Assembly: GCA_044222185.1 (NCBI GenBank)
Contig: JBGANV010000009.1
Coordinates: 96,001-160,000, forward strand
Length of the DNA: 64,000 bases
Source of the DNA: Planctomycetota bacterium
GTDB lineage: Bacteria > Planctomycetota > GCA-002687715 > CAIWVZ01
Direction: 5' to 3'
Positions 20,156 through 30,009 of the stretch are shown piece by piece (the stretch's first letter is position 1; each line of letters starts with the position of its first letter). A model generated the notes under the pieces. The model was not told the origin of the DNA. It did no database searches and worked only from the letters and a program-made list of their open reading frames with translations. Both the position numbers and the translations under genes were made by a program.

Positions 20156-20226
20156 GGCGGCATAGCCAAGTGGTAAGGCCGTGGATTGCAAATCCACTAC
20201 CCCCGGTTCGAGTCCGGGTGCCGCCT
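20156..20226 (+). tRNA. tRNA-Cys (GCA), CCA not encoded
   Basis: GGCGGCA/TGCCGCC acceptor stem, AGCCAAGTGGTAAGGC D-arm, GTGGA-TTGCAAA-TCCAC anticodon arm, GGTTCGAGTCC T-arm, U discriminator. Confidence 0.96.
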
Positions 20227-20254
20227 CTTCTCCCTTCTCACGCCCGAGGTCCTC

Positions 20255-21724
20255 GTGACGAAACCCGTTCGCGTCCGCTTTGCGCCGAGTCCGACGGGGT
20301 ACCTGCACGTCGGCGGCGCCAGGACGGCGCTCTTCAACTGGCTTTACGCGCGCCATTTCGGCGGCACGTTCATCCTGCGACTCGAGGACACGGACGAAGA
20401 ACGCAACACCGAGGCGTCTCGCCGCACGATCTTCGAAGGGCTCCACTGGCTCGGACTCGACCCTGACGAAGGTCCCGAACAGGGCGGCCCGGGCGCTCCC
20501 TACTCCCAATCCGAGCGAGATGGGATCTACCGCGACGCGAGCAAGACCTTGCTCGAGCGGGACGGCGTCTACCCGTGCTTCTGCACGAAGGAGCGCCTCA
20601 CCGAGATGCGCGAGCACCAGGTCAAGAACAAGCTCGCGCAGGGCTACGACAAGACGTGCCGCGCGGTCAGCCGGGACGACGCGTTGCGTCGCGTCGCGGC
20701 AGGCGAGCCGTACACTCTCCGCCTCAAGGTGCCCGAGGGGGAGACGGTCCTCCACGATCGGATTCGCGGCGAAGTGCGCGTCAAGAACGAGGACATCGAG
20801 GACATCATCCTGGTGCGAACCGGCGGTGCCGTCGTCTACAACCTCGCGGTCGTCATCGACGATCACCACATGGGCGTCACTCACGTCATCCGAGGCGAGG
20901 ACCACCTGACGAACACGTTCAAGCAGTTGCTCATCTATCAGGCGATGGGATGGGACCTGCCGGTGTTCGCGCACCTTCCGCTCATCCTGGGACCGACGGG
21001 CGAGGGCAAGCTCAGCAAGCGCAAGCACCCCGAGGCGGCGCTCGAGTTCTACCAGCGAAAGGGATACCCGCCGGAGGCGCTCCTCAACTGGATCGCGCTG
21101 ATCGGGTGGGCATTCGACGACAAGACCGAGATCATGACGCGCGCCGAGCTCGTCGAGCGGTTCTCCATCGAGAGCGTGGGCAAGAACGGTGCACGGCTGC
21201 CCCTCGACAAGCTGGATTGGATGTCGGGTGAGTACATCCGCCGGATGCCTCTCGATCGGGTGATCGCCGAGGTGACGCCGCACCTGCAATCTGCCGGCCT
21301 CGTGGCGACGACTCCCACACCCGACGAGGTGGAGAAGATCCGCCGCATCGCGGCCGCCGAACATCCGCGGCTTCGGTATTGGGCGGGGATCGTGGAATCC
21401 TCGTCCTGGGCGTTCGGCGCGGATGTCGCCATGGACGCGAAGGCGCAGGCGAACCTCAAGAAGAGGCCCGACACCGCGAAGCTCCTCACGGACTACGCCG
21501 CGGCACTCGGACCCGTCGCGTTCGCGGATGGCGCGACGGTCGAGGCTGCGGCCCGCGCGTTCGTTCAGCAATCGAACGTGCCGTTCGGCGAGTTCGTTCA
21601 CCCGGTGCGCGCCGCGCTGACGGGCCGCTCGGTCGGGCCCGGCCTGTTCGATTGCCACCTGATCCTCGGCAAGGAGCGGACGCTGTCCCGGCTCGCGGCC
21701 GCAGCGCGCGCGTCGGGTGGGTAG
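20255..21724 (+). CDS. gltX: Glutamate--tRNA ligase
   Basis: RVRFAPSPTGYLHVGGARTALFN, LRLEDTD, THVIRGEDH and KLSKR. GTG start at 20255; the listed ORF start lies inside the tRNA. Confidence 0.97.
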   Translation: MTKPVRVRFAPSPTGYLHVGGARTALFNWLYARHFGGTFILRLEDTDEERNTEASRRTIFEGLHWLGLDPDEGPEQGGPGAPYSQSERDGIYRDASKTLLERDGVYPCFCTKERLTEMREHQVKNKLAQGYDKTCRAVSRDDALRRVAAGEPYTLRLKVPEGETVLHDRIRGEVRVKNEDIEDIILVRTGGAVVYNLAVVIDDHHMGVTHVIRGEDHLTNTFKQLLIYQAMGWDLPVFAHLPLILGPTGEGKLSKRKHPEAALEFYQRKGYPPEALLNWIALIGWAFDDKTEIMTRAELVERFSIESVGKNGARLPLDKLDWMSGEYIRRMPLDRVIAEVTPHLQSAGLVATTPTPDEVEKIRRIAAAEHPRLRYWAGIVESSSWAFGADVAMDAKAQANLKKRPDTAKLLTDYAAALGPVAFADGATVEAAARAFVQQSNVPFGEFVHPVRAALTGRSVGPGLFDCHLILGKERTLSRLAAAARASGG

Positions 21725-22105
21725 GGAGCGCCGATTCTCCGACGTCTCGTCGGGAATCGGCCGGATCGCCGCGCGTCCCGCGCGGTCCGGGGTGCATCGA
21801 ACTCGAGAGGGCGTTCGAGCATCAGCGTCGGCCTGATGATCGAAGATTGCGCCGCAGGCTGAGCCCTCGGTGCCCGCACTCCTCGGCTTACCCGCGGAAG
21901 TCCGGCGATCCTGCCGGTCGCGTTCGAGCTTCGCCCGAAGTCGACCGGCGCTCCGGCGCGGGTCGGTCGGCGTTCTCGCCGTCACCGCGTCGGACGTATC
22001 CGCCCGTTCCGGCCGGCGCTCGAACTCGACTTCGCGAGGGGAGCGCCGATTCTCCGACGTCTCGTCGGGAATCGGCCGGATCGCCGCGCGTCCCGCGCGG
22101 TCCGG
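21725..22105. repeat. REP/BIME-like array, copy 2: A(21725)-linker-B(ends 21954)-linker-A(22040)
   Basis: Same A and B modules as at 17402 and 62412. It begins on the base after the gltX stop codon. Confidence 0.9.
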
Positions 22106-22160
22106 GGCGTGTGGCTCGCCCCGCGACTCGGGACCACCCACGCCCCGCCGTCCGCCCACC

Positions 22161-22189
22161 TTGAAACCCCGAGCGCTCGGGCCTATCTT
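22161..22189 (+). promoter_or_regulatory. sigma70-type promoter for tRNA-Glu
   Basis: TTGAAA-17 nt-TATCTT, about 55 nt upstream of the tRNA. Confidence 0.55.
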
Positions 22190-22245
22190 CCGGCTCGCGT
22201 TTTTGGGCGGAATTCGCCCGCGTGCCTCGTGCACGACACGCACCT

Positions 22246-22320
22246 GCCCCTGTCGTCTAGGCCGGTCCAGGACGCCAGGTTCTCATCCTGGAAACACGGG
22301 TTCAAATCCCGTCAGGGGTA
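22246..22320 (+). tRNA. tRNA-Glu (CTC), CCA not encoded
   Basis: GCCCCTG/CAGGGGT acceptor stem, CCAGG-TTCTCAT-CCTGG anticodon arm, GGTTCAAATCC T-arm. Confidence 0.95.
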
Positions 22321-22366
22321 CTCGCGCTCGACGAGACGTGCGGCGCCGGAAGCGCCGCACCGTCCA

Positions 22367-25300
22367 TCAGATCCCGGAGGGCCAGCGCGCGAACGTCAGG
22401 CGGAAGCCCACGGGACTGGCCGGATCCGGATACGCGGCCTGCATCGTGAACGACAGGCTCGGCGACGGACTCGGCGCCACGATCCCGGGAAGCACGAACC
22501 GTCCGCCGGGCGCGGTGTTCCCCGGCTGCGCGGCGCTGAACGCCACACCGGGAACCGCTGGTCCGAAGAGTCCGATGCCGTCGAGGACGGGCGTGTAACC
22601 CGGAGCCCCCGGCATCCCCAGAGAGAGAACCATGCCGCCGGCCGCATTCGGCCAGTTCGTGATCGGTGCCGGCATGGACGTGTCGATCGAGAGCAGGAGC
22701 GGCGCGTTCGGCGTCCCACCGTCGATCACGAGCGCGAACGGGTTGCCCGGGACGAGCGGATCGAGGAGCGGCCAGTGCCCGATGGTTCCCTGGTTGTGCC
22801 CGTCGCCGACGACGAGCGCCTTCGCGTTCGAATCGACCGTGCCGAAGTTCTCCACGGCGAACGCGATTCCGCCCGGGACCTGGGTCTGAGGCAACGTCGG
22901 CAGGACACACACGATCTGAGAGGCCGTCAGCGAGGTCATCACGAGCGGAACGCCGTCGGCGTAGATCTGCGACGCTGGCACGAACCCCGAGCCCGTGACC
23001 GTCACGATCGTCGACACCGACGCTGGCGTCTGGACCGCGATCGACGCCGGAGAGATCGCGACGATCTGCGGCCCGACGACGGTGACCGGGATCGCCGCGG
23101 ACGTTCCACCCGCCGGAGCCGCATTGACGACCGTGACGTTCAGCACGCCCGTCGTGGCGATCATCGAAGCCGGGACCGGCGCCGTGAGCTGCGTCGCACT
23201 GACGAACGTCGTCGGGAGAGACGTCACGCCGACCTTGATCACGGACGCAGCCACGAACCCCGAACCCGTAGCCGTCAGCGTGAACCCGCTCGCGCCGGCG
23301 TTCACCGACGTCGGGCTCGTCGCCGTGAGGACGGGAACGGGGTTGTTCACGGTGAACGTCAGCGACTGCGAAGTCCCGCCGCCCGGTGCCGGGTTCTGGA
23401 CGCGCACCGTCGGGGACCCCGCAGTGGCCACCAGCGCTGCCGGAACGCTCGCCGTGAGCTGCGTCGCGCTCACGAACGTCGTCGTCAGCGAGCCGCCGTT
23501 CCATTGGATGACGCTCTGCGAGTTGAAGCTGGTGCCGACGGCCGTCAGCGTGAACGCAGCACTTCCGGCCAGCTTCGAGGCCGGGCTGATGCTCGAGAGT
23601 GTGGGTGAGGGATTGGTGACCGAGAAGGTCTTCGCGTTCGAGGTGCCGCCGCCCGGTGCCGCATTGAACACGACGACCGTGTTGGAGCCCGCTGCCGCGA
23701 GGCGGCTGGCCGACACGGTGGCCGTGAGCAGCGTCGTACTGACGAACGTGGTCGGCAAGGCCGTGCCATTCCATCGCACTTCGCTTCCGGCGAAGAAGCC
23801 GCTGCCGTTGACCGTCATCGTGAGCGCACTCGATCCCACGGCTGCCGTCGTCGGCGCGATCGTCGTGATGGAAGGTGTCGGGCTCGCGCCTGGCGTCACG
23901 TCGACCGTGAACGTCCCTGGCGTCGGCGCCGCAGTTTCGTGAACGATCGTCAACAGGTACCACCCGGGCGTCAACGTCACGGCCGCCGACGCCGTTCCAT
24001 CGGTGAGACCCGAGGCCGTCGCGCTGGTTCGCGGGCGCCAGGCACCAGAGGTTCCCGGGTCGAACAGGTGCCACAGGCAGGAACCCGACGCATTCCCGGA
24101 CACGCTGATGACGTGGTCGCGCGTCGCCGTCACCTGGAACTCGATGAGCGTCATGATCTGGGACGCGCCCAGCGTCACCACCGCCGGCGTGCCCGGCGTC
24201 AGCGTCGACAGCGGCGCCTGGTGCACGAAGCCGAAGCTCGTCCCGGCGTAACGACTGACGATCCCGTACTGGCTCTCGAACGCGCCCGCGTGGCCGTTCG
24301 CCACGAGGAAGTCCGAAGACGTCGAGCCGAGGAGAGACGAAGCGGATCCCGCCGCGATGTCCCAGTCCGCGTTGGACGCGACGGCCACGCCTTCCCAGTG
24401 CCCCGACTGGGGCGTCACCGAGAACGGAGCGCACGACACCGCGACGATCTGGGTCGTCGTGCTCGGCGACAGCGCGTACGTGCTCGTCGGAGTGCAAACG
24501 GACACCGCCACCGTCGCCGCGGTCGGGATGGTGCCCTGTCGCCGATAGACCACGACGGCGTTCATGCCAGCATCGAGGGAGACGATCGCGCCGGTCGTGC
24601 CCACCTGATGATGCTGGACCTGATCGTCATGGTCCGCCCGCCAGAAGTTCGTGTTCTGTGCGTTGAACACCGCGAAGCTCAGACCTGGGTCGCCGAGCAC
24701 CGACACCGAGTAATTGCCCGGTGCATTGACCTGGTATTCCTTCACGCCGATGACGTGGTCGGCCGCGATCGTGAGGTACGAGACGTACTCGAGAGTGCCG
24801 GCTGATGCGGACACGTGTTCGACGACCGCGTCGCCGGTGCCGGAGGACCGCGCGACGACGCCTGCGAGTGGCGGCGGCGTGTTCGTGTTCACCGTGTAGT
24901 TCCCCACGACGAACGACGTGTTGGTCCCCACGGTCGCCTGGCCCTTGCCGAGGCCGAGGTTCCAGTGCGAGGTCGCGGAGGTCACGGCGACGGCGTTCCA
25001 GTGGCTTGGCGTGGCCTGGACCGAGATCCGCTCGTAGTCGGTTGTCACGGTCGCCGGAACGAACGGCGTCAACGTCATGCCGACGGCCGTCGGGCGGACG
25101 TTGATGGTGACCGTGGACGTGCCGAAGAGGCCCGGCGAGACCGGCCGGTGTACGACGAGGCAGTGCCAGCCGAGGCTCATCGCGGCCTGCCTGGTGCCGC
25201 TGGCACCGCTGCCCGACTGCAGGGCCGCGCCGACCTGCCACGTCGACTGCGGCGCGCCGCCGATCAGCGTCCATTCGACGAACGGGTCCGTGTTGACCGT

Positions 25301-26788
25301 CACGTCGTAGACCCCGGCAGCGGTGACGTTGAACTCATAGAGCTGGAAGAAGTCGTCGCTGCCCCAGCCGAACACGTTCCATTGGCCGACGGCGATCGGG
25401 CTCGCGATGGAGAACTCTGCCCACGCGCCGCCCGTGCCGGCGAAGCGATAGACCTGGCCGCTCACCGCGGGCACGATGCCCGCATGGCCGTTCGCGATGC
25501 AGTAGTCGGTCTGAAGCGCGCCGCGTTGCGACACGATTCCCGTGACGTTCATGTCCCAATCTTCACCGGGGTTGTAGTACTGCGAGATGACGCCCACGCC
25601 GACGAAGTTGCCACTGCTTTGTGTCGTGTTGATGATCGTCGACGAGCACGAAACGAACGCATCGCTCCCGTTCTGCAGCGGGACCGTCGCGCAACCAGAC
25701 TGCAACGTGATGGCACTCTGCAACGCCGGCTTCAGGATGTTCGTCGCCGTGTTGAATCCCGCGGCGGTGCAGCCTCCATGGGTATGCACGCCGACGGCGA
25801 GCCCCGTCGTCTCGTCGATGAGCGGACCGCCGGAGTTGCCACCCTCCGAATCCACGGTGTGGCGGATCTGGTCACCGACGAGCGCGACGTTCCCGCCGAG
25901 GCTCGTCTGCTGAGTGTTCGTGGCGGTGATCGGCGTGTTGTCGAGCCCGTAACCCGTCAGGCGGAACGTGCCGCTCTGGCTCGGCGTCGAGGTGGTGGCG
26001 AGCGAGAACGCCGCGCCCTGTCGCTGGTAGGCCGTCACTCCTTGCGAGTTCGGGTGAAGGCGTGCCACGGCCCAGTCGTTGCCCGGCCCGTTGTTCGAGA
26101 ACGTCAACGAAGAACCGTCGATCGGGTATTGGTCCGCGACGGCCGAGTGGACGATGACCCCGCCTGACGTCGACTGCGGAACGTTGAACTCCGCGAGGGA
26201 GAAGTAGCTCGGGTTCGTCGCCGCGCAGTGGCCGGCGCCGAGGACGGTGGAGCGATCGTTGATCATCCACCCCGTGCACCCGTACGAGAACGTGAGCGCG
26301 TTGAACACCAGCCGGCAGACGCGGGGATCGGAGCTCGCGACCCGGTCGTCGGCGCCGCAGATCTCGTCCGGCCCGACGGGCGCCGTCGGCACCTGGACGA
26401 CGGCGTTCCCGATCGTGAGGTTCGCCGTCGAGCCGGCGGCGAGACGGAGCGACACGTCGAGCGTGCTTCCGTTGAACCAGGCTGACCGGTTTCGCCACTG
26501 GGCCAGCTGCTTTCGGTGCAGCTCGTGAACCTGCCCGTCGAGCGGGTTCCGGACGATGATCGCATCGTCGTCAGACGTCAGTTCGGCGACGTCGAACTCG
26601 AGCTGGATGCCGGCGATTCCAGGCATGGAGACCTGTTCCGCCCAGACGACGGCCGGCGCCGTACCGGGGTTCGTCTGGGTTCCGCTGCTGATTTCGACCG
26701 GAAGGCGGTCGGTCCCGATGGACACCTGTGCCGCCAGGCTGCCTGCGATCACGACGAACGCCGCGATCATGAGCCGTGCTCGTGACAT
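22367..26788 (-). CDS. Secreted trypsin-like (S1) serine protease with 3 internal ~200-aa units, IPT/TIG repeats and shared C-terminal domain
   Basis: ATG 26788 (MSRARLMIAAFVVIAGSLAAQ). Catalytic triad motifs GAGHC, DWAVARL, GNSGGP. TIG repeats P..TS.SP...G.GF...S...W.G..L.TTFVS.TQLTA. Confidence 0.9.
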   Translation of the reverse strand: MSRARLMIAAFVVIAGSLAAQVSIGTDRLPVEISSGTQTNPGTAPAVVWAEQVSMPGIAGIQLEFDVAELTSDDDAIIVRNPLDGQVHELHRKQLAQWRNRSAWFNGSTLDVSLRLAAGSTANLTIGNAVVQVPTAPVGPDEICGADDRVASSDPRVCRLVFNALTFSYGCTGWMINDRSTVLGAGHCAATNPSYFSLAEFNVPQSTSGGVIVHSAVADQYPIDGSSLTFSNNGPGNDWAVARLHPNSQGVTAYQRQGAAFSLATTSTPSQSGTFRLTGYGLDNTPITATNTQQTSLGGNVALVGDQIRHTVDSEGGNSGGPLIDETTGLAVGVHTHGGCTAAGFNTATNILKPALQSAITLQSGCATVPLQNGSDAFVSCSSTIINTTQSSGNFVGVGVISQYYNPGEDWDMNVTGIVSQRGALQTDYCIANGHAGIVPAVSGQVYRFAGTGGAWAEFSIASPIAVGQWNVFGWGSDDFFQLYEFNVTAAGVYDVTVNTDPFVEWTLIGGAPQSTWQVGAALQSGSGASGTRQAAMSLGWHCLVVHRPVSPGLFGTSTVTINVRPTAVGMTLTPFVPATVTTDYERISVQATPSHWNAVAVTSATSHWNLGLGKGQATVGTNTSFVVGNYTVNTNTPPPLAGVVARSSGTGDAVVEHVSASAGTLEYVSYLTIAADHVIGVKEYQVNAPGNYSVSVLGDPGLSFAVFNAQNTNFWRADHDDQVQHHQVGTTGAIVSLDAGMNAVVVYRRQGTIPTAATVAVSVCTPTSTYALSPSTTTQIVAVSCAPFSVTPQSGHWEGVAVASNADWDIAAGSASSLLGSTSSDFLVANGHAGAFESQYGIVSRYAGTSFGFVHQAPLSTLTPGTPAVVTLGASQIMTLIEFQVTATRDHVISVSGNASGSCLWHLFDPGTSGAWRPRTSATASGLTDGTASAAVTLTPGWYLLTIVHETAAPTPGTFTVDVTPGASPTPSITTIAPTTAAVGSSALTMTVNGSGFFAGSEVRWNGTALPTTFVSTTLLTATVSASRLAAAGSNTVVVFNAAPGGGTSNAKTFSVTNPSPTLSSISPASKLAGSAAFTLTAVGTSFNSQSVIQWNGGSLTTTFVSATQLTASVPAALVATAGSPTVRVQNPAPGGGTSQSLTFTVNNPVPVLTATSPTSVNAGASGFTLTATGSGFVAASVIKVGVTSLPTTFVSATQLTAPVPASMIATTGVLNVTVVNAAPAGGTSAAIPVTVVGPQIVAISPASIAVQTPASVSTIVTVTGSGFVPASQIYADGVPLVMTSLTASQIVCVLPTLPQTQVPGGIAFAVENFGTVDSNAKALVVGDGHNQGTIGHWPLLDPLVPGNPFALVIDGGTPNAPLLLSIDTSMPAPITNWPNAAGGMVLSLGMPGAPGYTPVLDGIGLFGPAVPGVAFSAAQPGNTAPGGRFVLPGIVAPSPSPSLSFTMQAAYPDPASPVGFRLTFARWPSGI

Positions 26789-26967
26789 GACTTCGATCCT
26801 CCGAAGGGTTGGGCCGTCGAGACGCCGTGGACCCGGCCCGCCGCTCGGCGAGACCTTCGGGCGTCCCTTCACGCACGCCTTCGCTCGACCCCTCCCGATC
26901 CGGACACCTCCCTGGAAAAATGGCGACCCACGACCCGCGTGTAGAATCCGGCGTCGACCAGAACGGC

Positions 26968-27606
26968 ATGCCATCGGAATCAGGTACTGACCCCGAAGTC
27001 GAACGCCCGGGCGATCGGACCGACCGCACGACGGATCTCGTGCATCGGGCCCGCGCCGGCGACGTCGTGGCCTTGACGCCGCTCTACCTGAGGATGGCTC
27101 CCGCGCTCTACGCCTGGGCAAGCGTCAAGATCCCGCCGGCCCTTCGCGGCCGCATCGACCCCGAGGACGTCGTGCAGGACTGCTGGCTGGGCGCGCTGGA
27201 GAGGTTCGGGACGTTCGACCCGGCGCGCGGCGAGTTTCGTGCGTGGGTCTTCGGCGTCGCGCAAAATCGACTGTTGCGGATGCTCCGCACCCTGCGCGTC
27301 GACGACGTGCGTCGAGGCGCCATGCGCCCGGAGCCGGAGCGCACGCCGATCTCGGACATCCCCCAGGACGTCACCGGTGTGAGCACCCGCCTCGCACGGG
27401 ACGAGCACCTGCATCGGTTCATCGATCACGTCACGGCGATGGAGGAGGACGAGCGCAAGATCGTCGTCTGCTGCGGGCTCGAGGGACTCACGGCGGCTCA
27501 GGCGGCGGAGATCCTGGGCGTCACCGTGTCTGCCGCCGAAAAGCGCTGGCAGCGGGCGCGGGCGAGGCTGCGCGCCGACCCGGCCTGGCACGACGTGGTT
27601 GCTTGA
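26968..27606 (+). CDS. ECF sigma factor
   Basis: LVHRARAGD, DPEDVVQD, FRAWVFGVAQN (sigma2) and EGLTAAQAAEILG...RARARL (sigma4). Start at 26968 or 26920. Confidence 0.9.
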   Translation: MPSESGTDPEVERPGDRTDRTTDLVHRARAGDVVALTPLYLRMAPALYAWASVKIPPALRGRIDPEDVVQDCWLGALERFGTFDPARGEFRAWVFGVAQNRLLRMLRTLRVDDVRRGAMRPEPERTPISDIPQDVTGVSTRLARDEHLHRFIDHVTAMEEDERKIVVCCGLEGLTAAQAAEILGVTVSAAEKRWQRARARLRADPAWHDVVA

Positions 27607-27624
27607 CGGCCGGTGCGCTGGCGG

Positions 27625-30009
27625 TCACCGCTCCTCGCGCAGCGGAGCGTCGAGCACGACGCGGAGCCCGCGACCCAGGTCCGACCCCGCAGTGACGAGC
27701 GCAGTCCGCGCGGCCGAGCGGGCCCAGACCAGCTCGGTCCCGAATTCGCCGCCGCGATAGCAGCGCGTGCGCCCGCTCCGGTCCGCCGTGTAGCTGAGCG
27801 GGATCACGCCGGTCGTCGGGTGGGGTACGAGATCCCAGACCGGTTCAGCCACGTTCCCCATCATGTCGTGGAACCCGAACGGGTTCGGGGCGAAGCTCCC
27901 GACGGGCGCAAGCAACACGAAACCGTCGAAGCCGTCCGGCTGCCCCGGATCAGACGGCCGCGTCGAACTGCGGCGTGCGGAGTCGATCACGTTGCATCGG
28001 TTGGCGGCGTCGGCGGCCGTCGCACCCGTGTACCACGGCGTGGTGGTTCCGCCTCGGCATGCGTACTCCCACTCGATTTCCGTGGGCAGGCGGCCACCGA
28101 GGCGCTTCGCTGCCTCGACGGCGAGGTCGAACGGGATCGAGTCGACGGGACAGCGGAGCCGATCCTCGCACGGGGGATCGGCCGGACCGAGGGGCGAGAG
28201 GCTCGGATCGCGCAGCTCGGTGCACCGCCACTGACCGCGCGTCAGCTCCGTTTTCGCCATGTAGAACGGCGGGCACGTGAAGGGCTGCTTGACGACGTCC
28301 AGGTCGTCGACGAAGTCGGGGTCGGCATACGGCGTCGTGCGCGAGTCGTCATCGCCGAGCGGGGCGGCACCGATGATCCCGTTTCCGCGGGGAACGAGCA
28401 CGAAGACCATGCACGAGGCGCCGGACGTCGTCAGGTGAGAGCCTTCGGGCGCGCGCCTGGGTACCTCACCGGATCGGACGTGGGCGAACTCGCAGAGGCC
28501 TGACGCCGGATCGAACCCCAGCGGAACGAGGCCCGACACCGGGCGGATCCTGAGTCCGGCGTAGATCGGGTGCCGCGCTTGGTCGGCGATGGCGGCGACG
28601 GTGGATCCCCACGCGTCAGCCGCATCCACGAGCGTGCGGGCGTCGACGGACCGGGCGTAGGCGAGGCGCTCTCGAACTCCCTTTTCACGCTCGGCCACCC
28701 GCGCGGCGAGATCGACGAGCTCGCGCAGTCCCGCCTGGATCCACGCGTCGTGGGCCTCGGCCGTGGTCGCTCTCTCGGAAGCCGAGGCCGCCTGCGCGAG
28801 CGCGGCGTGACGTGACTCGTGGGACGCGCGCGCCACGCGGTGGCCGTCCGCGCGTTCGGCGAGCGCCGTGGCGGATGCGACCCAGGACTGAAGCCCGCGT
28901 GGTCCCGCGATCTTCTCCGGAACCGGAGGCCAGAGCTCGTCGGCCCAGGTCAGAAGGTCGCGCGCGACGCGGATGTCGGAAAGTCGATCCGCCTCCTCCA
29001 ACGCGCGGTCGGCGGTCGCCCGTTCGCGCGCGATCGAGACCAGGCCGGCGGTCGCGAGCGCAAGCACGACGATCAGCGTTCCGAGGAGTGCCGTGGCGAG
29101 TCGATGGCGCCCGCACCAGCGGAAGGCCCGCTTCGCCGCCGAGAGCGGGCGCGCTCGAACCGGTTCGTGACGCCGAAGTCTCGCCAGATCGGCTGCGACG
29201 TCGTCCGCCGTCGCGTAGCGGTCGCGGCGATCCTTCGCCATCATCCGGCCGATGATGCACGCGAGGTCGGACCCGACGGCGGGGTTCGACGCGGTGGGCG
29301 GTCGTGGTTCATGCGTGCGGATCGCCGCTTCGAGCTCGGCCCGCGTCGCCGCTTCGAAGGGGCGCCGGCCGGTGACCAGTTCGTAGAGGACGACACCCAG
29401 CGCCCAGACGTCGGCCCGGTGGTCGACGCCTCCCGGCGGCGGCGCAAACTGCTCGGGTGGCATGTACGCGGGCGTTCCGAACACGTCCCCATGGATCGTC
29501 GAGATGCCTCGATCGTCCCGCGCCGTGGCCAGACCGAAGTCCAGCACGACAGCGTGGTCGTTCGAGTCGACGATGATGTTGCCTGGCTTCACGTCGCGGT
29601 GGACGACGCCCGCGGCGTGCGCGGCCGCAAGCGCCCGAGCAACCCGCTCTGCCCACGCGACGATGCGATCGAGTTCGGCCGGCGTCGAGGGAGGACCGTT
29701 TTCGGCGATGATCCGCGTCAGGGGCTTCCCATCGACGTAGCGCATGGCGATGTACGCGTCGTCGCCGTCGAGTGCTGCCTCGTAAAGCGTGCAGACCGCC
29801 GGATGCTCGATGCGCGCGATCATCTGGGCCTCGCGCCTGAACCGCGCGAACATCGCCGCGCCACTTCGGTGATGGTTCAAGACCTTGACGGCAACTCTCC
29901 GTCCGAGCTCCGCGTGTTCGCAGAGATAGACGGCTCCCTGTCCGCCGCGCCCCAAGAGACGCATCACCCGATAGGGACCGATCGACGTGCCGAACGCCGC
30001 GCTCGTCAT
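27625..30009 (-). CDS. Ser/Thr kinase - TM - FGE-sulfatase (C-type lectin-fold) domain protein
   Basis: GRGGQG, VAVK, HRDVKPGN, DFG, GTPAYMPPEQ; TM segment; RLPTEIEWEYACRGG, PNPFGFHDMMGNV, RGG. ATG 30009 overlaps the upstream stop (ATGA). Confidence 0.92.
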   Translation of the reverse strand: MTSAAFGTSIGPYRVMRLLGRGGQGAVYLCEHAELGRRVAVKVLNHHRSGAAMFARFRREAQMIARIEHPAVCTLYEAALDGDDAYIAMRYVDGKPLTRIIAENGPPSTPAELDRIVAWAERVARALAAAHAAGVVHRDVKPGNIIVDSNDHAVVLDFGLATARDDRGISTIHGDVFGTPAYMPPEQFAPPPGGVDHRADVWALGVVLYELVTGRRPFEAATRAELEAAIRTHEPRPPTASNPAVGSDLACIIGRMMAKDRRDRYATADDVAADLARLRRHEPVRARPLSAAKRAFRWCGRHRLATALLGTLIVVLALATAGLVSIARERATADRALEEADRLSDIRVARDLLTWADELWPPVPEKIAGPRGLQSWVASATALAERADGHRVARASHESRHAALAQAASASERATTAEAHDAWIQAGLRELVDLAARVAEREKGVRERLAYARSVDARTLVDAADAWGSTVAAIADQARHPIYAGLRIRPVSGLVPLGFDPASGLCEFAHVRSGEVPRRAPEGSHLTTSGASCMVFVLVPRGNGIIGAAPLGDDDSRTTPYADPDFVDDLDVVKQPFTCPPFYMAKTELTRGQWRCTELRDPSLSPLGPADPPCEDRLRCPVDSIPFDLAVEAAKRLGGRLPTEIEWEYACRGGTTTPWYTGATAADAANRCNVIDSARRSSTRPSDPGQPDGFDGFVLLAPVGSFAPNPFGFHDMMGNVAEPVWDLVPHPTTGVIPLSYTADRSGRTRCYRGGEFGTELVWARSAARTALVTAGSDLGRGLRVVLDAPLREER

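Noticed and set aside
22300-22370. Integrative element at the tRNA-Glu 3' end
   Set aside because: No integrase and no duplicated tRNA 3' end noticed in the window.
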